Assembly (NCBI GenBank): GCA_031414955.1
Contig: JANOQV010000240.1
Location: forward strand, 1-64,000
From: Pedosphaera sp.
Lineage (GTDB): Bacteria > Verrucomicrobiota > Verrucomicrobiia > Limisphaerales > SIBH01
Direction: 5' to 3'
DNA: 64,000 nucleotides
The translations under genes and the position numbers were made by a program. Every line of letters starts with the position of its first letter. Position 1 is the first letter of the stretch. The notes under the pieces were generated by a model. It did no database searches. It saw only the letters and a program-made list of their open reading frames with translations, and was not told the origin of the DNA. Below, piece after piece: positions 10,910 to 20,300 of this stretch.

Positions 10910-12157
10910 TTATTTCTCAGCGTGATGGCCGGCTTTTTCCCACGCCGCAAGACCACCGTCGAGATTGAAGACGGACTTGAAACCAAGCCGCGCCAGTTCC
11001 GCCGCCGCGATGGCTCCGCGCGAACCGGCATGGCAGTTCACAAGGATGGGTTTCTTCTTGTCGAACTGCGCGGCCTTGGCGGCGAAGTCGGGCGAATGAA
11101 TGTCCGCATTGAGCGCGCCCGTGACGTGGCCCTGGGCGAACTCCTGCGGGCTGCGCACGTCGAGCACGGGGGCTTTCTTCACCCGGCGCTTCTCGAAATC
11201 GGCGGCGTTGATTTCCTTGAAGCCGCCTTCCGCCCGGGCCTGCACCGCCGCCGCCTTGGTCTGTTCACCGCGCGCGGTACGCAGCGCCTTCGCCAGGTCC
11301 GCCGCCGGACCTCGTCCCCAGTAGTGCAGAAACACATAGCGCGGCGTCTCGTGAACCATGTGGTGATGGATCGCGACAATGTTGATCCCCGCGCCGCGCA
11401 AGCTCTTGAGCACCGGCTGAAGCTCGTTCTCCTGACACGCGAAGTCGCCGTCCACGATGGCGTTGTCGTCCGCGCCGCCGAAGCTGGCCCAGGTGTTCAC
11501 GCCCATTTCCTTGCCGAGGGCGCAGCCGCATTCCATCCGGGCCACCCGGCCAAAGACGAACTTCACCATGCCGTCCTTCTCCTGCGGCTTGGCGGTGAAC
11601 AGATCGGCCAGCGGCGCGGCGCTGATCGCGTTCTTCTCCGGGATGCCGCCGCCGAAGGACTTCGCAGGCTGGGGATGGGCCGCGCGGATTTCCTTCATCT
11701 TGGCCAGCGCCGCCTTCACTCCACCGGCCAGCTTCTCGACCGTGCCCTCGCCGCCGATGTGCATGAAATAAACCTGCGGCTCGGCGTGGAAGAAATGGTT
11801 GTGCAGTGCGGTGACTTCGAGGCCTGCGGCGAGCGCCGCGCTCATCACCGGATTTACCTCGTCCTCGAACAGCACAAAATCGCCCATGACCATCGCGGCG
11901 TCCTGCTTGCCCGCCTGAAACGCGGCCCACGAGGTCAGTCCCATGAAGGGCGGCATCTTCCACTCATCGACCTTCACCGCCACTTCGTTGCGCGGTTGGG
12001 TCACTTTGAACACGCCCTCGCTTTCGCTCCAGGCACCCTTGAGCGCGGTGATGGCTTCGATGCGGTTGGTGTCGAGCGACGCGGCGGACACGACCAGCAG
12101 CGCGCTGGGGAAAGCGATCAGGCCGCACAGCAACCGGGGCAAAACTCTGGATTTCAT
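10910..12157 (-). CDS. Secreted DUF1259 tandem-domain protein fused to C-terminal rhodanese domain
   Basis: Two repeats GDF...E.E..PV...L...G....A.H.H...E.P...F.H..G.G; rhodanese LDVRSPQEFAQGHV.GA, VNCHAGSRG, LDGGLAAW. Confidence 0.8.
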   Translation of the reverse strand: MKSRVLPRLLCGLIAFPSALLVVSAASLDTNRIEAITALKGAWSESEGVFKVTQPRNEVAVKVDEWKMPPFMGLTSWAAFQAGKQDAAMVMGDFVLFEDEVNPVMSAALAAGLEVTALHNHFFHAEPQVYFMHIGGEGTVEKLAGGVKAALAKMKEIRAAHPQPAKSFGGGIPEKNAISAAPLADLFTAKPQEKDGMVKFVFGRVARMECGCALGKEMGVNTWASFGGADDNAIVDGDFACQENELQPVLKSLRGAGINIVAIHHHMVHETPRYVFLHYWGRGPAADLAKALRTARGEQTKAAAVQARAEGGFKEINAADFEKRRVKKAPVLDVRSPQEFAQGHVTGALNADIHSPDFAAKAAQFDKKKPILVNCHAGSRGAIAAAELARLGFKSVFNLDGGLAAWEKAGHHAEK

Positions 12158-12243
12158 TTTCCGAAGATTGCTCCCCAGGTGCGATTCGGACAATCAGCAT
12201 TTCGCGCCAATGAACGCGCGCCCAGGTGGGTGCAAGCAGTTCG

Positions 12244-13047
12244 CTACGGTTCGCGCGCGCCGGCCTCGCGCCGCAGTTCAAGGACATGCGCTATGATTTC
12301 CCAGCGTTGATCCTCCGACAACGCGCCGGCAAACGCGGGCATCGGCGTGCCATCGAGGCCGGTGAGGAGCGTGCGGTAAATATCCTTTGGCTCCGGACCG
12401 CAGCGGAGCGGTTGGCGCAAGTCGCTGGGCATGACTGGTTCGTCGAAGGAATCTTTCATCCCGCTGGCCGCGTCGCCGCGGCCGTCGCCCTTCGGGCCGT
12501 GGCACGGTGCGCAGGCCGTGGTGAAGAGGGGCTTTCCACGCTGCGCGCGGCGGGTCAATTCAGCCGGGTTCCTGAACCAGCTCGGCGTCTTGGAAATCGG
12601 CATGGGCAGCACGTAGTTCTCGGCCTGGTTCCATCGAGGCGAAAAGGATTTCACATACGCGATCACGGCGCGGACCTCCCGTTCGCGCAGGGTCGCGAAG
12701 ATCGGCATGGCGGTGCCGCTCAGTCCGCCGCGAATTGTGCGCGCCAGATCGTCATCGGTGGGAAGCGTGCCGGAGGGCGTGGAGCGGAACTTGAACACGG
12801 CCGCCCGAAAGTTTCGTGGACGCGGCAACACGGTCAGGCCCATTTCGCCTCGCCCGTCGCCGGATGGCCCGTGGCAGAACACACAGTTCTTCAGATACAC
12901 CGCGCGGCCCTGAAGCAAAGTGCTGAGGCTGGCGGCTTGCACGAAATTCGAGGACTCGGCGGCGCAGACCGCCCCGGCGACGGCGCCGAGCAGCAATAGG
13001 AAGAGCGCTCCAGGTCGGACCAGCGGCCGACGTTCCCATGTCTTCAT
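12244..13047 (-). CDS. Di-haem c-type cytochrome
   Basis: Signal peptide; CVFCH and CAPCH; GLSGTAMP / GLDGTPMP Met ligands; ATG 13047 overlaps the nnrS stop. Confidence 0.9.
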   Translation of the reverse strand: MKTWERRPLVRPGALFLLLLGAVAGAVCAAESSNFVQAASLSTLLQGRAVYLKNCVFCHGPSGDGRGEMGLTVLPRPRNFRAAVFKFRSTPSGTLPTDDDLARTIRGGLSGTAMPIFATLREREVRAVIAYVKSFSPRWNQAENYVLPMPISKTPSWFRNPAELTRRAQRGKPLFTTACAPCHGPKGDGRGDAASGMKDSFDEPVMPSDLRQPLRCGPEPKDIYRTLLTGLDGTPMPAFAGALSEDQRWEIIAHVLELRREAGAREP

Positions 13048-14249
13048 GGCTCGGGATCCGCGCGTAACGTCTTGGGCAGCACAATCACGCTCCAGATCAA
13101 CACCCCGATGATCCAGAAGGCTGCGCCGTAGCTGTAGTGCGTGGTGAGGATGCGCGGGAGAAAATCCCCGCTCATGCGGGTGGCCAGGCCGACGAGCATC
13201 AAGCCCACGCTGAGGAAGAGCCAGGCGTTGCGCTGATGCAGGCGCGCGAGCTGGCCGCTGTGGCCGAAGACCACCCGCGTCGCGACCACGAAGGTCAGCA
13301 CGGCGAATCCACCGACCAGGGTCAGGTGGAGCAAACTGACCCGGAAGGCGGGGGAAATGGCGATGGTCAGAAATCCTGCGCAGAGAACGGCGAGAGCCAG
13401 CAGCAGGCAGAGACCCGGCGCGTTCGATCGCGCCACGAGCCGAAAGGGCATTTCGAGCAGGAGATAACTTGTGGTTGTCACGAAGCGTAACGCGTGGGCC
13501 AAGCGAGGGTGGCCACGCGCTTCCAAAATGAAAGAAACGATGACGACCATCCCGGCGGCCAGCGCCAGCGCCGCCTTTCGCTTCCACACCGGAGAGAGAG
13601 CGCGTGATTCGGGCACGGCCTGAGAACTTTCCACTCCGAAGAAGCGGGGCAGCAGAAACGGGCCAATCCCGAGAATCGGCAGCAGCACGAAGCCCTGGTA
13701 CACCAGCAGACGTTGCAGCGCGACCCACCAGGAATCCATTTCCACCAGGTGCTGCGCCACGGCGAGCACAGCCCCGGCCGCCACGCAGACGAAGGCCAAG
13801 GCCACCAGAATGAAGCCCGGCGGTGGCGCACCCCGGCGTTTTGGGATCCGCACGGCCAGAGAGGTGACAAACGACCCGAGCAACGCCAGAAACAGCACAT
13901 CGCCAAGGAACAAGTGCGCGGTCGCGAACGATGCGACCATCGCCAGGTGCAGCACCAGCAAGGCCAGAGTCTGCCCCCAGTGGAGCACCGGGACCGAAAG
14001 CAACCGCGGCAGGGCCGTGCCCAGGAAGCCGAAAATGAACGCGCCGAACAACCCATAAGCCATGAGTCGCGCGTGGTTCTGTCCTGGATACAACTCGACC
14101 AAGCCCATGAAGTGGAGCGGCCACAGCGCGACGCCGCTGAGGCCCGCCAGTACTCCCGCCGGGAAGAAGACCCGAAACGGTTCACGCCCCAGATCCGCGC
14201 GGGAGATACGCGGCGCAGACCGAGGGAAGGTCGAGGTGGTCGTTTTCAT
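13044..14249 (-). CDS. nnrS: NnrS family membrane protein
   Basis: EPFRVFFP, HARLMAYG...FIFGFLGTALPR, HLTLVGGF, VATRVVFGHSG; many TM helices. Confidence 0.85.
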   Translation of the reverse strand: MKTTTSTFPRSAPRISRADLGREPFRVFFPAGVLAGLSGVALWPLHFMGLVELYPGQNHARLMAYGLFGAFIFGFLGTALPRLLSVPVLHWGQTLALLVLHLAMVASFATAHLFLGDVLFLALLGSFVTSLAVRIPKRRGAPPPGFILVALAFVCVAAGAVLAVAQHLVEMDSWWVALQRLLVYQGFVLLPILGIGPFLLPRFFGVESSQAVPESRALSPVWKRKAALALAAGMVVIVSFILEARGHPRLAHALRFVTTTSYLLLEMPFRLVARSNAPGLCLLLALAVLCAGFLTIAISPAFRVSLLHLTLVGGFAVLTFVVATRVVFGHSGQLARLHQRNAWLFLSVGLMLVGLATRMSGDFLPRILTTHYSYGAAFWIIGVLIWSVIVLPKTLRADPEP

Positions 14250-14311
14250 TTCAGTCTTGTTCAACGGCCGACAAATAGCCCGCGGGCGGGGTGTTGTCAG
14301 CGTTCGATAGC

Positions 14312-14325
14312 TTGATCGCAATTCA
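14312..14325 (-). promoter_or_regulatory. Possible Crp/Fnr-family (FNR/DNR/NnrR) half-perfect site upstream of nnrS
   Basis: TTGAT-CGCA-ATTCA versus consensus TTGAT-N4-ATCAA; about 65 bp upstream of the nnrS ATG. Confidence 0.3.
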
Positions 14326-14703
14326 TGGGTGGTGATTGGCAGGAAGGGGAGACCGCAGGCTAATCCATTCTGAAATCAGTTCGCCCTCTCACCGCGTCCG
14401 CACGGAACGGGGCCACCTCCTCGTCGCCGAAGCGAGCGCCACCGCGCCGCGCGGCCCGGCCCGGACGCCAAAGGCGAAGACCGATGGATCTTCGGGGAGG
14501 AATCCGCCGTGCTCACATACGCGCCGAACGTCCCGCCGCCCATCCAGCGCACGCAAGGTGCGCGGTGAAAGCTCGTCGTGAGTTGCACGCAAGAAGGAAA
14601 ATGAGCCATGCAGGTGATGCTTCCAGAGCAAAGGAAATCGGCCGTTCGACCACAGCACCTGACAAATACCACCCGCGCGTCGAAGGACATGGAACGCACC
14701 CAA

Positions 14704-15149
14704 ATGAAGCAGCCTGAGATGGGGGCGCGGTTCGCTCGCGTGAACCGCCGGGCGACTGCGCTGACTGCACTGCTGCTAGCACTCGCACCGATGGCGGCAA
14801 CGATGTCGCCTTCATGAAGCAGGTGTTGAACTGGTATGTGACTCCCGCGCCCGAGACCATCGGGCCCAGGGGCCGCGGCCAGCCGAATTTCTTCGGCATA
14901 CACGACCTGCATGGGCTGGTTTGGGAGTGGGTGGCCGAAGCGCCGGTCTCCACGAACGCTGACGCCCGCTCCCGCAGCCGAGCGCCGGGCGACGCCTTCT
15001 GCGGCGGAGGCGCGCAAGGAGCGCGCGACGCCAAGGATTACCCCGCCTTCATGCGCACGAGTTTTCGAACCAGCCTCCAGCCGTCCTACTGTGTCCAAAA
15101 CCTCGGATTTCGCTGTGCCCGTGGTCTGATCGAAGCACCGCGCCCTTAA
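14704..15149 (+). pseudogene. FGE-sulfatase/NirV-like gene remnant with internal deletion and frameshift
   Basis: C-terminal FGE motifs PNFFGIHDLHGLVWEWV, FCGGG, NLGFRCA in one frame; signal-peptide-like RRATALTALLLA in another frame directly upstream; the domain's N-terminal half is absent. Confidence 0.7.
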
Positions 15150-15255
15150 ACCAATTGGCCCCACTCCAATCCGGCGCGTTATCGCCGCGGCCAAGCGGCT
15201 TCCCACATACGGTTTTCCGGGGAAATGCCGATTGACTTCCAGGTGGAAACGCAGG

Positions 15256-15284
15256 TTGCAGCCTGCCGGGGTGGGTGCTAGTTT
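15256..15284 (+). promoter_or_regulatory. Putative sigma70 promoter of ftsH
   Basis: TTGCAG-N17-TAGTTT with TG extension, 21 nt before ATG. Confidence 0.4.
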
Positions 15285-15305
15285 CCGCTCGCTTTTCGGC
15301 AACTC

Positions 15306-17297
15306 ATGTCAGACGAAAATAAAAAGGAACCTAAAAAAGGCGGCGAGTTCAGGGTGCCGCCGCGGACTTGGATTTTGTGGATCGCCATTCTCGGCGCGAT
15401 CCCGCTGCTGCTCCTCTTCAAGGATCCGCGTGAAAACAAGGATCTACTCACCCAGCCCCAGTTCGTGTCGCTCTTCCGCACCAATGCGATCAAGGAAGGC
15501 GTCATCTGGTACAACGTGCAGGATCCATCCATCGCCGAGATCACGGGCCTCTACGTAAAGCCGGATACGACCGTGCCGGCGAAGTTCATGGCCAAGGTTC
15601 ACCTTTACGCCGCCCTCGATCAGGAATTGCATGAATCGGGCAAATTCCAGCCAAACCGCCCGAACACCCTGGTGCAGAACATGATCTTCAGCCTCCTGCC
15701 CATCCTCCTGATCGCGCTCCTGATCTGGTTTGTCTTCATCCGCCAGATCAAGATGGCCGGCAAGGGCGCGCTCAGCTTCGGCAAGAGCAAGGCCCGCCTG
15801 CTGGCCAAGGAAAAGAACAAGACCACCTTCAAGGACGTCGCCGGCATCGAGGAGGCGAAGGACGAGGTTTCCGAGTTGGTCGAATTCCTCAAAGACCCGA
15901 AGAAGTTTCAGAAGCTCGGCGGGCGCATCCCCAAGGGCGTCCTCATGGTCGGGTCTCCCGGCACCGGCAAGACGCTGCTGGCCAAGGCCATTGCGGGCGA
16001 GGCCGATGCGTCGTTCTTCAGCATCAGCGGCTCGGACTTCGTGGAGATGTTTGTCGGCGTGGGCGCGAGCCGCGTGCGCGACATGTTCGAGCAGGCGCGC
16101 AAACACACCCCTTGCCTCATCTTCATCGATGAAATTGACGCCGTGGGTCGCAGCCGCGGCGTGGGCCTCGGTGGCGGTAACGACGAGCGCGAGCAGACCT
16201 TGAACGCGCTCCTGGTGGAGATGGACGGTTTCGACACCCAAGAAGGCATCATCATCATCGCGGCCACGAACCGCGCTGATGTCCTCGATCCCGCGCTCTT
16301 GCGCCCAGGCCGTTTCGACCGCCGCATCACCGTGAATCTTCCCGATGTGCGCGGGCGCGAGGCGATCCTCAAGGTTCACGCGCGCAACGTGAAGTTGGAT
16401 CCCTCGGTCGATCTTTCCGTCACCGCGCGTGGCACGCCCGGCTATTCCGGTGCCGAGCTGGCGAATCTTTTGAACGAGGCGGCCTTGCTCGCCGCGCGCA
16501 CGGGCAAGAAAGCCGTGTGTCAGGCCGAGCTTGAGGAAGCCCGCGACAAGGTGCGCTGGGGCCGCGAGCGCCGCAGTCTCGGCATGACGGATGAGAACAA
16601 GAAGCTCACCGCCTGGCACGAGGCCGGTCACGCCCTCGTGAACGTGATGCTCAAGCACACCCACCCGCTGCACAAGGTCACCATCATTCCACGCGGCCCT
16701 TCCCTCGGCTCGACCATGTCGCTGCCCAAGGAAGACATCCTCAATTACCGCAAGAAGGAGATGGACGACTCCATCGCCATGGCCATGGCCGGTCGCATCG
16801 CGGAGGAAATTGCCTCCGGAGACATCTCGACCGGCGCAGGCGGCGACATCCAGCAGGCCACCAACATGGCGCGGGCCATGGTCTGCCAGTACGGCATGAG
16901 CGAAAAGCTCGGCATGGTGCAATACAGCGAGGACGACGAATTCTTCCTCGGTCGCGACATGATGCGCCGCAAGTCTTACAGCGAAGCCACCGCGCAGGAA
17001 ATCGACGGCGAAGTGCGCTCGATCATCAAGGCGCAGTATCAACGGGCCTACGACTTGATTTACACCAATCGCGACAAGCTCGAACTGATCGCCAACTCGC
17101 TGCTCGAATACGAGACGCTGGACGGCGCTCAGGTCGAAGAGATTATCCGCACCGGCAAGTTCACGCCGCCGCCGCCGCCGCCGCCGAGCGTGGACACACC
17201 CATGGGCGCGCAAGCCGCCACTCCGTTGCCGGAAGTGATGAAGCCTTCTCCGCCGAAGTTGCCTGGATTGGGCGACGCCGCCCCGGCTCCGGCCTAG
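15306..17297 (+). CDS. ftsH: ATP-dependent zinc metalloprotease FtsH
   Basis: Two TM helices, [36 protein letters not shown]. Confidence 0.98.
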   Translation: MSDENKKEPKKGGEFRVPPRTWILWIAILGAIPLLLLFKDPRENKDLLTQPQFVSLFRTNAIKEGVIWYNVQDPSIAEITGLYVKPDTTVPAKFMAKVHLYAALDQELHESGKFQPNRPNTLVQNMIFSLLPILLIALLIWFVFIRQIKMAGKGALSFGKSKARLLAKEKNKTTFKDVAGIEEAKDEVSELVEFLKDPKKFQKLGGRIPKGVLMVGSPGTGKTLLAKAIAGEADASFFSISGSDFVEMFVGVGASRVRDMFEQARKHTPCLIFIDEIDAVGRSRGVGLGGGNDEREQTLNALLVEMDGFDTQEGIIIIAATNRADVLDPALLRPGRFDRRITVNLPDVRGREAILKVHARNVKLDPSVDLSVTARGTPGYSGAELANLLNEAALLAARTGKKAVCQAELEEARDKVRWGRERRSLGMTDENKKLTAWHEAGHALVNVMLKHTHPLHKVTIIPRGPSLGSTMSLPKEDILNYRKKEMDDSIAMAMAGRIAEEIASGDISTGAGGDIQQATNMARAMVCQYGMSEKLGMVQYSEDDEFFLGRDMMRRKSYSEATAQEIDGEVRSIIKAQYQRAYDLIYTNRDKLELIANSLLEYETLDGAQVEEIIRTGKFTPPPPPPPSVDTPMGAQAATPLPEVMKPSPPKLPGLGDAAPAPA

Positions 17298-17335
17298 CGG
17301 GTTGCTGCCTTCCCGTTGCCCCGCAGGGGATCGAT

Positions 17336-20300
17336 TCATGGTGTCACCACCAGTTTTGGGCGTAGCGACTGCTCTGTCGAATCAGCACTGCGAAACTGAT
17401 TGAAGTTATTGTTGAAGTACTCGACGGGGCGGAATTGTAGTCCGTGGTTCGGAAGCGATCCGCTTTGCCAGGCACGGTAGAGGCCGGTGATGTCCACAGT
17501 GTACCATTGGCCGGCCATTGGAGTTGGCAGCGCGCCCTCGAACCACAGCGTTGTGGAAGGTCGGTCAGCCCACCACAGGCGATCCCGGTCGAGGCCGGTT
17601 CCTTGCGTGCGCCAATCCCAAAACGCGGTGACACGGTCCAGATACATGGCGGTTCCACCACTGGACTGGCTGGAGCAGTAGAGGTGTAGAACGGCGGACG
17701 CCGCGTTGGTTGGCAACCCGGCCAGATCAAATTGCAGCAGGGAGTAATACTCATCACCCCATCCGCCCACCCGAAGATTCTCATCGTTCAGCCCGCCGCC
17801 AGATCCGCCGCCGCTAGGCGCGTAGGAATACACGCTGGTCGTCCAGATGTCTTTGCTGTCCAGCGGGCCGGGCTGGACGGTGATCACCGGTGAGGGCGTG
17901 ATCACCAGCTTGGGCCTCAGCGCCGGGTTGTTTGTGTAATCCGCGCTGTAAAACTCGTTGAAGTCGTCGTTGAAGTATTCCGCCGGGCGCAATTGCAGTC
18001 CGTGGTTTTGGTACAAGCCGTCTTGCCACGCGTTGTAAAGTTCAGTGACGTTCACCGCATACCACTGGCCGGCGGCCGGATTTGAAATCGGCTCCTCGTG
18101 CCACCGCGTCGTCGCGGGGCGGTCGTTCCACCACAGACGCTCAAAGTCGCTGCCGGTTCCTTGGGTCTGCCAGTCCCAGGATTGGGTGATCCGGTCGAGG
18201 AACATCGGAGTGCCGCCACCGGACTGGTGATGGCAGTAGAGATACAGCACTGCGGAGGCGGCCTTGATGGGAAGACCGGTCAGGTCAAACTGAAGCAGCG
18301 AGTAATACTCATCGCCCCAGCCTCCGACGCGCAATCGATCGTCGTTCAGCCCGCCACCGGGACCGCCGCCACCCGGCGCGTATGAATAGACACTGGTCGT
18401 CCAGATGTCGTGGCTGTCCGTCGGGCCGGGCTGAAGCACGACCGGTTCCTCAGTCTGGCGCAGGGCACGGTAAAAACGTTTGCCCTGTCCGCCCATTGGA
18501 TCAGTAAGGCCAAGCGAACCTCCGACCGGAATCGTGAAAGTTCCGAGTGGTATCCAATCCATCAAGTTCGAGGAAGCTTGGATGATGAAACTGCCGCTGG
18601 CCGGACCGCGCAGCACAAACCGGAAGACACCATTGCTGACGCCAAATCCTCCCAAGTGCGGCACCGGCGGCACGGCCACAAAGTTTGCTGTGATGCTCGT
18701 GTTCGCGCTCATCGTCACCGTCAACGGGTTCAAGCTCCCGCTCGCATCGCCACTCCAGTGGGTGAATTGATAGCCGTTGGCCGGCGCGGCGGTCAGCACG
18801 ACCTGGCTGCCCGAGGTGTAGGCCGCCTGGTCAGGGTTCTTCGCCACCGCTCCGTGGCTCGCGTTGACGGTGAGTGTGAAGGTCGGTGTGGCCACTCCGT
18901 TCACGACGGTCACGCTCAAAGATGCGCTCCTCGTTACGCCACCAAAGCTGTAGCTCGCTGAGACTGTCATTGGTGTATCGCCCGCCACTTCTCCCGCACT
19001 GAGCAGCCCGAAGATGGAAATGCTGGTTGCTGAAGAATCCTCGCCCCAGGTTGGATTCACGCCTTGCGTCGAGCCGTCACTGAACGAAGCAGTGGCCGCG
19101 TATTGCGCTGTGCTGTTCTCGCTGACTGAGCTTGGCCCGCTGATGCTGAGGGAACTGAGCGTGGGTGGAGTCGGCACATTGACAATGAGGACATCCTGAT
19201 TCGCATTGCGTGTCACGCCGCCGATGGTGTGGCTCGCCGAAACCGTCATGATCGTATCACTAACCACTCCGCCCGCCGTCAACTGGCCCGAACCAGAAAT
19301 GCTTGTTGCGCTCGAATTCTCCGACCAGCTTGGGGACACCGACTGCGAGGAACCATCGCTGAAAATGGCCGTCGCCGTGAACTGCCCAGAACTGTTCTCG
19401 TTGATGGAACTCGGCCCGCTGATGGCGAGATAGCTGAATGAAGAAGTCGAATTGACGATGGTGATCGGGTAGTTCAGCGCCGGGAAACCGCCGTAGGTTG
19501 CTGTAATCGTCACCGGCGTATCGCTGCCGACGTTTCCGACAGTCAGCAACGCTGAACCAGAAATGGTCGTGGCACTGGAATTCTCACTCCAACTCGGTGA
19601 CACAGACTGAATCGAGCCATCGCAATTAACGACAATCGCGTTGTATTGCGCGGTGCTTCCCTCCGCAACCGAAGTTGGCCCGCCGACACCGAACAGAACC
19701 GGCACGACCGGATTAGGCACGCTCACAATGACGCTGACATCGTCCACGCGAAAAGTTGTCGGCCCGCCGAAATCAGTCGTGGCGGTGAATCGAACCGTGA
19801 TGGTTTGCCCCTTGTAAGCAATGATGTCGAAAGAACGGAACGCATAGCTTCCGCTTGCGTGCAGATTGGATCGTTGATCCAACCCAACCAGTGTGCCGCC
19901 TGGCAGCACGAGATTCAGGCTCAGGAAATCGAATGCGGTGACCGTACTGTCCGAACTTGTGATGCGATAGTTGTAGCCGAGTGTAGCGCTGGTCGCATTC
20001 GCGGGAATGGTGATGCTCTGGCTCAACGTCCCGCTGAGGTTGTTGCCACCCGTGCCGTCTGCGTTTGCCAAGTAAGAATAGCCAGGACAACTGGCACAAG
20101 CGGCGAAGCGCGCATCGGCTTGAAAACTCCCTGTGAGCGTCCAGTTGTTTGCATTGTTGGCAAAGTTTCCGTTCACAATCCGTTCTTGAACGTCGATTCC
20201 GCAACTCGCCGAGTTCACGACCGTCACCCCGGCGTTGGCCGTTCTCGTGATTCCGCCCGCCGTATAGCTCGCCGAAACCGTCACCGCAGTGTCGCCGCCG

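Noticed and set aside
12244..14124. 626-aa NnrS-cytochrome fusion or overlapping gene
   Set aside because: The upstream extension is an off-frame shadow of nnrS; the cytochrome has its own ATG (13047) and signal peptide
14330..14700. Small ORFs between nnrS and the FGE remnant
   Set aside because: No motifs or consistent codon bias in any frame
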